Assembly: GCF_000143415.4 (NCBI RefSeq)
Contig: NW_003314273.1
Coordinates: 2,014,052 to 2,078,051, forward strand
DNA from: Selaginella moellendorffii
Taxonomy: Eukaryota > Plantae > Lycopodiophyta
Length of the DNA: 64,000 nt
Direction: 5' to 3'
This document shows positions 36,887 to 48,712 of the stretch, in pieces (the first letter of the stretch is position 1; each line of letters begins with the position of its first letter). The notes under the pieces were generated by a model. The model made no database searches. It saw nothing but the letters and a program-made list of their open reading frames with translations, and was not told the origin of the DNA. The translations under genes and the position numbers were made by a program.

Positions 36887-38537
36887 TTACAAGCCCTGCA
36901 CGATATTACATTAGAACTGAAGATAGAAAATCACAAGATAGAACCTTAAATAGTAGATCGTGAGCTAGTGTCTCCCAGTCGAGTGAAACCGAGAGAAGCG
37001 AGCATCTGAGTGGAATCAAGTCCTCATTTGGCCCCGACGATGCAGCTAGATAAGCGTGCTTTGCCGCGTCGGCCGCCTTTCGCACGATGGTACCGATCCC
37101 AAGCTTTGCTCCTGGTGCTTCGACTGGTTCCTCGCTGGGATCTGATCGTGGTAGCAGAAAAACAACTTTGTGAATCTCTTCACGTAAAAATAATTCTTGC
37201 TACCTGGTACTCTTGTAACAATCACGTCAACTTCGCCACGGCCACCAGGCCCTCGCATCACAAGCCTCTCCGACTTGCCTCCCAAATGTAAAAATCCAAA
37301 GCTCAATTTTCCACCTGGAAACTCCGAAGAGTAAGAACGCTACGTAGTGGCTCTATGTGCACTTACTTTCAAAAGCGGAACGCACCATTTCGTAACTTAC
37401 AAATCCCGAAAACAATGTCACCTGGAACAAGGCGTGAGAAGAATGGTGTGTGACGGAAAAGTATTACCACTGCGCTCGAGCGTGAACCATCTTTTCCTCT
37501 TATAAGTCTCCCGGATCCAAATGCCGCTCCTCCCGTGGCGTGAAGGAGAACGCAGTAACAATGATCTTCATTTTTAAGAATCTGCACGAGAAGCATAAGA
37601 TCAAGACGAGAAGATGACCAAGATTTACCAGGTGTTCAAATGTATCGTCGTGATCATCAACCGAGAAGTAAATGTCGGGATAAGATGACACCGTCTCCGA
37701 AGCCTGGAAGTCCCAAGATCAGGAAGACAACGCCAAAACGAAGCACTTACTTTTGAAGACTTTGTTTGAAAATTTGAGCGGCTTGGCGAGGCAAAAACAT
37801 TTTTTGTGATCTGGAAAACAAGGCATTGTCAAGAAAGAAAAAAAACGAGAAAACAGAGCTGAACCTTATAGATGGATTCCAGAGAACTTCCGGAGGAATT
37901 TCGATATCTAAGCAACTCTTCTCGGCTGCAGGATGAGAAAGCGTGAGAGAAACACCAAGCAAATCGTTCGATAAATACCTACAAATCGAAACTGTTAATG
38001 TGTATGTTGTGTGCACTACAAGGTTGAGATAAAAGGATCGTCTCCAGTCCACTTCCCGTGTTCTATCTCCAAGAACTTTACTTAGCTGTGGAAGCCAAGA
38101 GAGATGCTACTTGAAGAACAAAATGAGAGACAAACCTGTGGTTGCCATCGGCGCACGAAGCATGGCTCCGCGAAGATTTTTCCTTCGTCATTGAATCCAC
38201 CACCGCCAAATTCTAAGCTCTGGAGAAAACCGAGAAGAAAATCGAGTCTCAATAGAAGAGAAAGAATTTTTTCCGGACACTTACGAGCAAATTCACGAAG
38301 AAGAGAAGATCGTCGCTCGTTGTTTTCGACTCCACAAGACCACGGACGAAGAACATGTCCAGCATTTCTTGCCAAAAGTGCGAATCCCCGCTCTCCTCCC
38401 CATCGCGCGCGATAGTCTGGCCGAGAGAGCTCGAATACTTGCGGACAATCGCAAGAAGCTCGTCCCTGCGCAAGCGCGAGCTGAGAATCTATTGCCCTTA
38501 CTAAGTGATCATACCTGGAGGGGGCGCTCACCGACAT
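36887..38537 (-). CDS. DUF2045 / KIAA0930-like protein
   Basis: HFWQEMLDMFF..DDLLFFV..FVRRW..VDWRRSFYLNLVVHT..FASPS..YPDIYFSVDD..VMRGPGGRGEVDV..LDWETLAHDLLFK; many short introns. Confidence 0.85.
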
Positions 38538-38624
38538 TTGTTCCTCGCTTTCATGAAACTGGGATTAGGGTTCTTGGTATTATAGGGTTCTTCGCTTCTC
38601 TCTTTTCTCTAGTGGCATTTGGCG

Positions 38625-39798
38625 ATGGCGCTCTCCGACGATTCGAGCTGGATGACTGCCGCGCACAGCATGGGCGTAAGTATAGCATTCGATCTCCAGC
38701 TGAGCTTGATTTTCCTGTGTCCGCGCGTAGACCACGATCATTGGCGTGGAGTACGCCGACGGTGTTGTTCTTGGAGCTGATTCGCGAACCACAACAGGTA
38801 CAAAGAGTTTAACTCTTTATCTTTCATTGGTAGCTCCCATTTTTCCTTTGCGCAATCAGGAATCTATGTCGCAAACCGAGCTTCCGATAAAATCTCCAAG
38901 CTGACCGACAATGTCTACATTTGTCGATCTGGATCGGTAGCTTGTTTTTGGTGTTTTGTGATTTCTTTGTCCTTATATCTTGTTCCAGGCAGCAGACACG
39001 CAAGTAATCTCCGATTACGTTCGTTACCTCCTCCACCAGCACACGTAAGTGATCGATTTTCATGGTTTTCGTTCTCTCTTACTTGTTTGTCTTTATGGAT
39101 CCAGGATTGTTTTGGGTGAACAAGCAACTGTCAAGGCAGCTGCGAAGCTGGTTAGAGAGATTGCCTACTCGAACAAGGTTTGTTTAGCAGCAGCTTTGAC
39201 TGATCTATATAAACAGTGTGTGTTGCTTTTAGTCCTTCCTCGAGGCTGGAATGATCGTCGGAGGTTGGGACAAGCACGAGAAAGGTAGCATCTTCGGTGT
39301 GCCAATCGGTGGAACTTTACTCCGCGTGCCTTTCACGATTGGAGGTAAATCGAAGCGTGTTTAGAAATTCCAGTTCTTATGCCTTCCCTCTTTCCTGCCA
39401 GGCTCTGGATCGACCTATATATTTGGTTTTCTCGATCAAGCGTGGAGGCCAGGAATGAGCAAACAAGAAGCACAAGTATGTCCTCCAAATTTCTCTCCAC
39501 TTTCCTGATCTTTTCTGGCAGGACCTCGTCGTTAAAGCCGTGTCTCTCGCCATGGCTCGTGATGGCGGCAGTGGTGGCGTCGTGCGAACTGTGACAGTGA
39601 GTAGAATGTCGCGAGAACATACTTTCTCTTGTATTAAGTGGAACTTCCTGGTGTGATTTCCAGATAAGCTCGGCGGGCGTGACTCGGGATTATTTCAGCC
39701 ACGACAGGCTACCAAAGTGGCACGAGGACATACCGGCGGGCGTGTCTACGGCTCTCGAGGCTCTGGAAAATGCCAACGGTGAATGGATGGTTGTCTAG
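38625..39798 (+). CDS. PBA1: 20S proteasome subunit beta-1 (beta type-6)
   Basis: [56 protein letters not shown]. Confidence 0.93.
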
Positions 39799-39949
39799 AA
39801 CCGAATTCAGGACTTTAAATCCGTGAAAAGCTTGTTCAAGTTTTGAAAACTTGTTTGTTGATGGACATGGAGGTGGTCTGCAATTCCTGGTGTTCTTAAT
39901 TTTGAAAACAAGAAGACGATCTGTAAGTCGCTGTAGTTATACAAGACAA

Positions 39950-40064
39950 CCAACTTAAGACTCGTACTAAGAGAAACGTCGGTGCCAGAGCTTGCCCGTT
40001 CAACAATTTCCATGGAAGCGTGAGCAACTTTGTTTCGTACTAAATGGCAATCTCCAAGCATTCC
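39950..40064 (+). repeat. Inverted repeat, partner of 41415-41538
   Basis: TTCAACAATTTCCATGGAAG, CGTGAGCAACTTTGTTT and TAAATGGCAATCTCCAAGCAT occur as reverse complements at 41415-41538. Confidence 0.85.
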
Positions 40065-40316
40065 CTGCCCCTTTGAGGCTTTCGTGCAGCTGTTGGCTGA
40101 GTGCTACAGGTCATCTAGTTCTTATGTGTAAGCAAATGTCAGATGGAGGTCGGCGGTTCCTCCCTTGCGGCCTAGTATATAAGCTGTTCCATCTAGTTCT
40201 GATTGATCCATTTGCATAACATAACCCTCACTAAAATCTCATTGAAATATTCGAAAATCCAGAAAAGTCAGCTGATTGAAAATAGAAACAAGCAAACAAT
40301 TCGATATAGCCCTAAT

Positions 40317-40870
40317 CAAGTTGGCACAGCCTTTTCCGCAAGAAGAACTTCCAGTCTGACGAGCTCAAACAATGCCGCCATCCGGGAGGTAAGGCATGGT
40401 TTCCAGGAGGCTCAATCTCCCAGTCCGCCCCAACAGTGTCTTGCCGCTCATCGAAACAAAGGTCTCGCGTCCCTCGCGCAAGCAACCAAAGCACTCAGAT
40501 ACGCAAAGCCCGTCTTGAAAGAGCCCTCTATAGCCCCTCTACATGCAAAGATCACCGACGTCCACGACACAACGTCCCGGCATTCTTTGGATGATTCTCT
40601 TGGATTCCTGGAGATTCCCGCGGTGGAAGAATGCCGCCAGGATGGAGTTGAGACGATGTCTCTCTCGGGCATGAGAGCGAGGATTTCTTGGGCGAGGCCC
40701 AGATGCCCTTGTTGGGTATATCCCGCAAGGAGTGAGTTCCATCCTCAAGGTGCCCTCTTGATGGCGATCATCGTGTTCCCAGTCACAAGATCGCGCTGCT
40801 GGAGCCTGGAGAAGATCTCGCGCGCTTGAACCAACCTACAAGGAGGCCCAAGATTGCATTGGAGGAGCGG
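40317..40870 (-). pseudogene. Deleted duplicate of the 3' part of the PPR gene at 49840-51414
   Basis: Blocks nearly identical to 49839-50627 with many small deletions and frameshifts. The flank 40076-40270 also matches 49253-49420. Confidence 0.9.
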
Positions 40871-41142
40871 GCATAAGCCAGGATACAAGTTGTCCCAGAA
40901 CATCTCGCCAACTCATCGCCAGAGCGGATCGGAGAAGACACGGCCACGATATAAATTTCTTAGCTTGATTCTTTCCATTCTTTTTGTAACGCAGAAGATA
41001 TGAAACAAAATTTTGTGCGCTATAATTATATATAATAATCAAGGAAGAATCGTTAGAGGATTTATATTTTTCTTTGTCTTGTTCTTACTCCATGGAATCC
41101 ATTTTTACATGTTCACAGACACAGGGATCAACCAGGACGAAT

Positions 41143-41368
41143 TTTACGTTCTTCCCAAAGACAATGCTAGTTGTTCCAAGAATCCAAGTTTTGAAAGCTT
41201 GTTTGTTGATGGTGGTGGAGGGATGTTCTTAATCTTTGAAAGCAAGAAGACGAGTTGGATGTCAACTCTGTTTTAAGTATCCAAGATAATTGGTGGCATC
41301 CACCTTGGAAGGGGACTGGACGAGCACGAAGCAGAGTAGCGCAACGAACACCAAAGCTCTCACCATAT
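41143..41368 (-). pseudogene. Possible degenerate RALF-like secreted peptide gene
   Basis: TATA box upstream (~41433-41440); signal peptide MVRALVFVALLCFVLVQSPSKVDA, then TNYLGY (cf. RALF YISY), an early stop, and PPPPSTNK in a shifted frame. Confidence 0.35.
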
Positions 41369-41833
41369 TGAACCTTTTGTATGAAGTGGGTTGTTGAATG
41401 TTTTGTGCTCGTATGGATGCTTGGAGATTGCCATTTATACTATACGGCGTACAAAACAAAGTTGCTCACGCAATTGCAACTTCCATGGAAATTGTTGAAT
41501 GGGTAAAGTTCTGACACCGACAGTATGAGTCTAAGTTGTGGCTCTTAGTTGCCGTGGCAGCATCCTGGGCCCTGTGGCTGTGACTGGTGAATAGCTCTGC
41601 ATCTTGAACGTCCTGTGAATCTGTAGATATTTTACAGAACTTTATGGACGAACAGTTGGAGAATTGAAAATCAAAAATCATGTATTGTTTATGAGTTGAT
41701 AAAATAAACTCAAAGACAATGCATATTTATTCATGTTCAGCTCATTACTATATGAATAGCAGTAACAGGTCAATTAATGATTGACATTGTTTCTGGTGTA
41801 TGTTCATATGATAATGCGAACAAGTGGATAATC

Positions 41834-43711
41834 CTATGTCTCGTACTTAATTTTGAACCCCTTGAACGTGACTGGTCCAGAGCTGCCTCTAGGAACAAGA
41901 GTGACAACAATGTAGTCTGCATCTTCCAGCCCTAGCTGCTCTAGCGTGTCACTTATTCCTAGCCTCACCTCCGTCTCCATAATGTGCCCCTTCCCTGCAG
42001 AGTTGGGAACGTTCACAAAAGTTCCAGCAAACTCCACCACATTGACCGGCGTGTTTTCATTCGCATTTGGATAGTTGATGTAGACATCGAATTTGGTGGC
42101 CTTGTTGTAATCCAGCTCCACTCCTTGGATCACCAGGATCTCCTCAACTTCATCATCATCATCATCATCATCAGATTTATCACCACCTCCACCTGAGAAC
42201 AGGGTTGGCAGGTTATTGAGCGGCACGTAACTGAACATCCTGAACAAGGGCCCCAGCGCCTTGTTCAGCCTGGTCAGCTTGTTCTTCAGTGGCCGCTTCA
42301 CCTTAGTGCTGAACACACTCTCCAGTTTCTGGATCTTGCCGCTCACTGCCTCCCCGAACTCTTCAATCACATCAGCCGCTGCAGTTGGAGGTGAATCTGG
42401 CGAAGCAGAGACTAGAGGCTTCGAATTCGCTCCAGCAACGGTGGAAGGCCGAGCAGTCACCCAGGCATTGTGGATGTCCTGGTAACGGTACCCCAGCTGC
42501 TCCGTTTTAAGCGCATCCCGGACCCGAACCCGAACCAGGCGCCTTTTCTCATCGTAGAACAAGAACGTTGCATTGAGCCAATCCGGATCTTTGTAATCCC
42601 TTCTGGGGCGGAAGGGCCCCTTCCTGTTGCGCGGCAGCGTCTTCCACACGGTCCACAATCGGTCGAGGTTGGCGTGGTGAGGGTAGAAGATGGGATCCCT
42701 AGCCGCGGAGTAGAACACCCCCATGTCTTCAAAATGGGGTTTCCCGCTGCTCCCCGTCCATTTGTGAACAGTGTTATGTGGGGCACTTTCTATTGTTCCT
42801 AGTCCATCCGGCTTACTGTCACCTGGGTGGTACTCCTTACCATAAAACAATCTTGTCGTTCTGGCGTTCACAAGCTGCTTGTACATGAGCGCGTTGTTCT
42901 CTTCGCGCTGCTTCGAATCGCTGATCGGGGCACCATCGCCAGGGACGAAATTGAGATCCGCGAGCCGGGGCGGGAAATGATCTGGATTGCGGAAATCGTC
43001 AAACAGGACAGGATTGGTCAAGTACATCTGCGGGATGACATTCGGCAGTGGATCTGAAGCGGATTGATTGTCCCAGTTCCAGAACGGGAGCGCGAAGGTG
43101 TCGTCTTCGATCAAACTGGCCAGGATTCGCTCGTGGAAGTAGAGGAACCAGCGGTGCCAGGGAAAGAAGAACCAGTTCCTGTGGATGTGGAGCCTTTCGG
43201 TGCTGTTGGCGTACAAGAATGCGCCATCGCAGTAGGCACAGTGGACATTGGCTTGCTGGTCAAAATTGCGGGGATCGTCCGGAGGAAGAGCTTTCATCAG
43301 CTCGTAGGCTCGAATGTACTTGGCGATGTAGTCCGAGCTGAGGAGGTGAACGGGCTGCCTCAGGCGACTGGGGAGCTGGGTGTTGTGGACGAAGTCGACA
43401 ACCGATGTTGTGCTTCGAGGCGGGCAGCAACCGACCTTTCCAGCTGGAGTTTCAGCTTGGGTGCACCACTCTAGATCAATTGTTCCGTTGTCAATGGGTC
43501 GTGCCCATGCTTGCTGCTCCTGCTGGAGACTCCCAGTCGCTAGGCCCAGGGATGCCTCTCTTCTTCCTGTTGCTGTGGAAAGTAAAAGAAAGCACAAGAT
43601 TTGAACTGGAAAATAGAACTTGGTCACGAGAAGCCTGGATAACAAACTTTCGCCAACCATTCGGGGAAGAACATTGTTCAGAATCCTGGCGCTTGATGGT
43701 GTTCTTCCCAT
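41834..43711 (-). CDS. PPO: Polyphenol oxidase (catechol oxidase)
   Basis: CuA HCAYC..HIHRNWFFFPWH; CuB HNTVH..FYPHHANLDRLW; DWL and KFDV domains. The start codon is uncertain. Confidence 0.95.
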   Translation of the reverse strand: MGRTPSSARILNNVLPRMVGESLLSRLLVTKFYFPVQILCFLLLSTATGRREASLGLATGSLQQEQQAWARPIDNGTIDLEWCTQAETPAGKVGCCPPRSTTSVVDFVHNTQLPSRLRQPVHLLSSDYIAKYIRAYELMKALPPDDPRNFDQQANVHCAYCDGAFLYANSTERLHIHRNWFFFPWHRWFLYFHERILASLIEDDTFALPFWNWDNQSASDPLPNVIPQMYLTNPVLFDDFRNPDHFPPRLADLNFVPGDGAPISDSKQREENNALMYKQLVNARTTRLFYGKEYHPGDSKPDGLGTIESAPHNTVHKWTGSSGKPHFEDMGVFYSAARDPIFYPHHANLDRLWTVWKTLPRNRKGPFRPRRDYKDPDWLNATFLFYDEKRRLVRVRVRDALKTEQLGYRYQDIHNAWVTARPSTVAGANSKPLVSASPDSPPTAAADVIEEFGEAVSGKIQKLESVFSTKVKRPLKNKLTRLNKALGPLFRMFSYVPLNNLPTLFSGGGGDKSDDDDDDDEVEEILVIQGVELDYNKATKFDVYINYPNANENTPVNVVEFAGTFVNVPNSAGKGHIMETEVRLGISDTLEQLGLEDADYIVVTLVPRGSSGPVTFKGFKIKYET

Positions 43712-44316
43712 TTCCTCTTCTCGAGCTTCTGCTTTTTCTTCTTCCGCTCAATCTGCTCAATGGGAACTCAAAACATGCTCCCACTCAGCCTGACTCAGAA
43801 ACACAGTGCCCTTTTCAGAGCCTCTGTGTTCGTTCATCAAATGTTTGAGTTAAATTTGCATTATGAAACATAAACCCTGAATTCATTTCTAATGGAGTTA
43901 TCTCCAGTGCTTAGCTGAATGCGAAGCCAAACTTACTTCCTTTAAGGTACGCGTGTCATCGTCAGTTATAACTTTAAGGGTACAACGTTTGCCCACTAAA
44001 TATGTTGAAGCTATAACCTCATATATGTATTATGTACCATACTACAAATTCATTGGGACATCTGTCTTCTTATAACATAAGGGTTTGAATCTCAAAAACT
44101 AAGGTGGCAAGAAAATTCAGTGAAATCAAATTTTCATTGAAAATTCACTGAAAATTCGGAAAATGATTAAATAAATTTCTTTTGTAATGTAGCTTGTAAG
44201 AGTTGGAGCACTGAAAACCTTCTATTAATAATGGCTAAAATTAATAACACAATTAGAGTGTAAGGAGAATTATAGCCAAAATTGAGCACATTGTGCACTA
44301 ATTTTGTAATTAACCT

Positions 44317-46309
44317 TGGAAAAAGGGCAGTTGCTCAATGAGAGAGCCCTTAGTGGCTATTCCCTCAAGGTTTCAAGGATCCACGGTGACAGTATATCCA
44401 AATCTCATCCCATGATCATATCCCCCGTTCAAAGATGTCAATGTTCTTATTGACTATTGATTAACAACCCCTACTGAGCCAAAGGGAACCAGCACCTCCA
44501 TTTTCGCACTCAATCTACCAATCCTTCTATTGTGTAGACTAGTTATTCCAAGGACATTGACTATTGACTAACAACCCCTACTGAACCAAAGGGAACCAAC
44601 ACCTCCATTTTCGCACTCAATAGTAGGGGCCAAAGGGAACCAGCACTTCCATTTCCGCACTCAATCTACTAATCCTTCCATTGTCACTCAATCTACCATT
44701 GTGTAGACTAGCTATTCCAAGGACATTAACAATCTCATCCCATGATCACATGCGCTACACTCACCCCCCCTTCAGAGATGTCAATGTCCTCATTGACTAT
44801 TGACTAACAACCCCTACTGAGCCAAAGGGAACCAGCACTTCCATTTCCGCACTCAATCTACCAATCCTTCGATTGTGTAGACCAGCTATTCCAAGGACAT
44901 TGACTATTGACTAACAACCCTTACTGAGCCAAAGGGAACCAACACCTCCGGGAACCAACACTTCCATTTCTGCACTCAATAGTAGGGGCCAAAGGGAACT
45001 AACACTTCCATTTCCACACTTAATCTACTAATCCTTCCATTGTCACTCAATCTATCAATCCTTCCATTGTGTAGACCAGCTATTCCAAGGACATTGACTA
45101 TTGACTAACAACCCCTACTGAGCCAAAGGGAACCAACACCTCCGGGAACCAACACTTCCATTTCTGCACTCAATCTACTAATCCTTCCATTGTCACTCAA
45201 TTTACCAATCCTTCTATTGTGTAGATCAGCTATTCCAAGGACATTGACTATTGACTAACAACCCCTACTGAGCTAAAGGGAACCAGCACCTCCATTTCCG
45301 CACTCAATCTACCAATCCTTCTATTGTGTAGATTAGCTATTCCATGTGAGGCAAAAATCCACCCCAATCCTTCCATTGTGTAGACTAACTATTCCAAGGC
45401 CATTGCAACCCCTACTGAGCCAAAGGGAACCAACATCTTCATTTCTGCACTTAATCTACCAATCCTTCCATTGTGTAGACTAGCTATTCCATGTGAGGTG
45501 AGCCAAAGGGAACCAGCACCTCCGGAACCAACACTTCCATTTCCGCACTCAATCTACTAATCCTTCCATTGTCACTCAATTTACCAATTTTTCCATTGTG
45601 TAGACCAGCTATTCCAAGGACATTGACTATTGACTAACAACCCCTACTGAGCCAAAAGGGAACCAACACTTCCATTTTCGCACTCAATCTACCAATCCTT
45701 CCATTATGTAGACCAGCTATTCCATGTGAGGCAAAAATCCACCCCAATCCTTCCATTGGTGTTCCATTTCCGCACTCAATCTACCAATCCTTCCATTATG
45801 TAGACCAGTTATTCCATGTGAGGCAAAAATCCACCCCAATCCTTCCATTGTGTAGACCAGTTATTCCAAGGACATTGCAACCCCTACTAAGCCAACCCCT
45901 ACTAAGCCAAAGGGAATCAGCATCTCCATTTCCGCACTCAATCTACCAATCCTTCTATTTCCGCACTCAATCTACCAATCTTTCCATTGTGTAGACTAGT
46001 TATTCCATGTGAGACAACTAGTTATCCACCCGTACCGCAGTCCCACGGTGGATACCTTCGTACGATTTTCAAATTTAGGGGTAGGAATATACCTTGCTCA
46101 AGGGTAATCAATGAGAATCGAATCCGTGTTATTTGCTTCGATACCAACTATAACACACTTTATCTCTCTCCCCTTAAGCCAACTGGAAAAGGGGCAATTT
46201 CTTGATAAGAGAACCCTTAGTGGCTATTTTATCCCCATTTATCCCCCAAGGTTCCAAGCTCTATGGTGACAGTATATCCAAATCTCATCCCATGATCACA
46301 TGCGCTACA
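44317..46309 (-). mobile_element. TRIM-like non-autonomous LTR element with an expanded internal tandem array
   Basis: 5' LTR 46309-46149 begins TGTAGCGC. PBS TGGTATCGAAGC at 46146-46135. PPT GAAGGGGGGGTGAG at 44773-44760 precedes an LTR start. Truncated 3' LTR at ~44420-44317. Confidence 0.8.
44440..46012. repeat. Complex tandem repeat array with ~100-130 bp modular units
   Basis: Repeated GACATTGACTATTGACTAACAACCCCTACTGAGCCAAAGGGAACC..CACTCAATCTACCAATCCTTCCATTGTGTAGAC, more than 10 variant copies. Confidence 0.95.
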
Positions 46310-47243
46310 CTTAGGTCCTTTTTATATTATTTACAAAAAAATTTATTCTCATGAGTTTCCATAGTATTTTCTTTGTAATAACAAAAAATAAAGACTAGAT
46401 AAGCTTGGATAATTATGTAGCAATCTTATCATAAACTGACATAACACATTTATTAAGATGAGAGTTTTCTTGACATAAATTTTATGTATGTGGCAATATA
46501 TGATCTGATCACTTTTTTTTAATTGTTTGTAGTGTTCACATTCAACTCTGTTGTTATTTACTTAATTAAATTTTAATAATATTAAAACAAATGCTACAAT
46601 GCCATAGTATATTATAGTTTTTCTATTTAGGCTGCAATCAAAATTAAAATTTCAATTAATTAAAAATTCAATTGATAACATACTACAGCTACAAAATTTT
46701 GTTACATTATTGTGCTTGAAGTGCAATAATCATGATAAACCCTAACTTGCTAGTAAACCCTAAACCTTATATATAAATAAACAAGAAATAAGCTGCTATA
46801 GTCATGCAAGATAAGGTTTTGCTTAACTTGGGTGAAGTTTAATTCAAAGTGTCAGTTGACAAGTGTTATTCCAAGAACATCTCGTGGTATGGGGTGATCC
46901 GCTGGAACTTATTCTTGAGCATCTGAATTGGAGGGTTGGGATTTTTGTTTTGGACAACAGCTGGGCAACTGCAAAGGGAGAGCTTGAAGCCATGTATCCA
47001 TGCTTGGTAGTGGACATTGCTTTTGTCACATTGTCACTGTTGTTAAATGCTTAAATTTATGGTTTGCTCTGATAACACTCAGTGAGTTCTTCCTGATCAG
47101 CCAGATTACGACCTTTTCCAATATCATCATGTCATGTTCATGACTATTTTTCACTTTGTGGGGCCATTTATGAAAACAGAAATCAAGAGGTCCACTCATC
47201 GGGCATCTGCAACAAGCGGGTCCTTGTTGAGCTGCGGGTGGCA

Positions 47244-47700
47244 CTTAGTTGCCGTGGCAGCATCCTGATCCCTTTGGCTGTGAGTGGTGAATATAGCTCC
47301 ACATGTAGCATCCATCTAGAACATCTTGCATATTTTGTGAATCTGTACATTTTTTTTATAGAATATTACAAACAAGCAGTTACGTTGTTTGATTTCCGAT
47401 TCAAGTAAGTGCTGCTGCTTCTCTCGCGATACGACTGCATGATTGTTTTGTGGGATATATGAGTAGTAATGTTCATAAGCTGTAGGTATCCAACTTACTG
47501 TATCACCTATGAAAATTCAAGTCTAGATAAAATCAAGTCATAGACACTATTTATTTATGATTTTCATTTCTGTTCAGCTCATTACCATAAAGGATGTGAA
47601 TAGGAACAGGCTGCGATGTAAGAGAACACAACTAATGATTGACATTGTTTGACTATCGTGTATCTTCATCTTCACATGATAATACGAACAAGTGGATAAT
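47244..47700 (+). repeat. Direct duplicate of the PPO 3' flank (41544-41832)
   Basis: Shared CTTAGTTGCCGTGGCAGCATCCTG, TGTTCAGCTCATTAC, ATGATTGACATTGTTT and AACAAGTGGATAAT in the same order. Confidence 0.85.
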
Positions 47701-48376
47701 GGTTATCTACCGCTTACAAGGAACACCATGCTTGTGGTTAGTGCTAGTCAAGTCAGCAGAGTTATATATATAAGAGTTTCAAGAGTCTTTAATATAGGGC
47801 ATTTTTGGGGCAACTGTCAATTTGCAATTCTCAATTCAGCTCCAGCAACAATTCATGGTACGGAGTGAGCCATGTGCGGCGATAAGCATTAGTTAAGGAA
47901 CTGCATAGAAAGCTTAAAGCCGTGTATCCATTATCAATAGAGCATATTGCTCTTTAGGCATTCGTGACCATAATGCAACATGCTTAAATTTAAGTTTTTT
48001 TAGCCAACCAGCAGGGATCATCCAGATTGAGGAACCGTCTTCACAATATTCAACAAAATTCGTGCAAGACTTTTTTCTTTCACATGTTTCATGATGTGAA
48101 AGCATACCAGGAATTACACGCTTTAAGTTAGCTTAGGTTTCGGAACAATCTGGCCCTTATCAGTAAGTGGTCCACTCAACGGGCATCTACAGCGAGCGGG
48201 TTATTTGGTGAGTGGATGGGATGTTGTCTAGAGGGATGTTGTGATTATGTGGTTAGGAGTGATTTTAGTTGCATCTGATAGTCACAGTGAGCATTTCCAT
48301 GACGACTCTGCACCACGTCTTCTATCAGATGTGAATTCATAGTTAGAGATCCAAATTTCCAAAAGCAAGAACATTT

Positions 48377-48712
48377 TCAGGCAGCTAAACTCAATAGATT
48401 TTCAGTCATGGATTCCACACTCGTAATTGAACAAGGGCCCCAGCGCGTAATTGAGCAAGGTGTTATTGTTATTGAGCCTGGCAAGCTCAAGGTCGACTGG
48501 CACATTCCAATCTTGGCGCAGATCTCGTCGTCATCGAGCACAGCTTCCAGATTTGCCAACACCTGTGGCCCATACTCCACCACCAGCAGCTTGCACTGCA
48601 CAGAAACATGTCACACTCGCCTCCTTTAAAAACCAGCTCGAATTGCCATTACCTCATCCTCATGGTTGTGCAATTTCTGGCAGTTGGCCAGCAGGAATTC
48701 AATCAGCTTCTC
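48377..48712 (-). pseudogene. Saposin-B (prosaposin-like) gene fragment, last two exons
   Basis: EKLIEFLLANCQKLHNHEDE / CKLLVVEYGPQVLANLEAVLDDDEICAKIGMC across a GT-AG intron; no upstream exons recognised. Confidence 0.7.

Noticed and set aside
44440-46012. CRISPR-like repeat array
   Set aside because: The sequences between repeats are themselves repeated, with no unique spacers. There are no cas genes and the array lies inside a eukaryotic LTR element.
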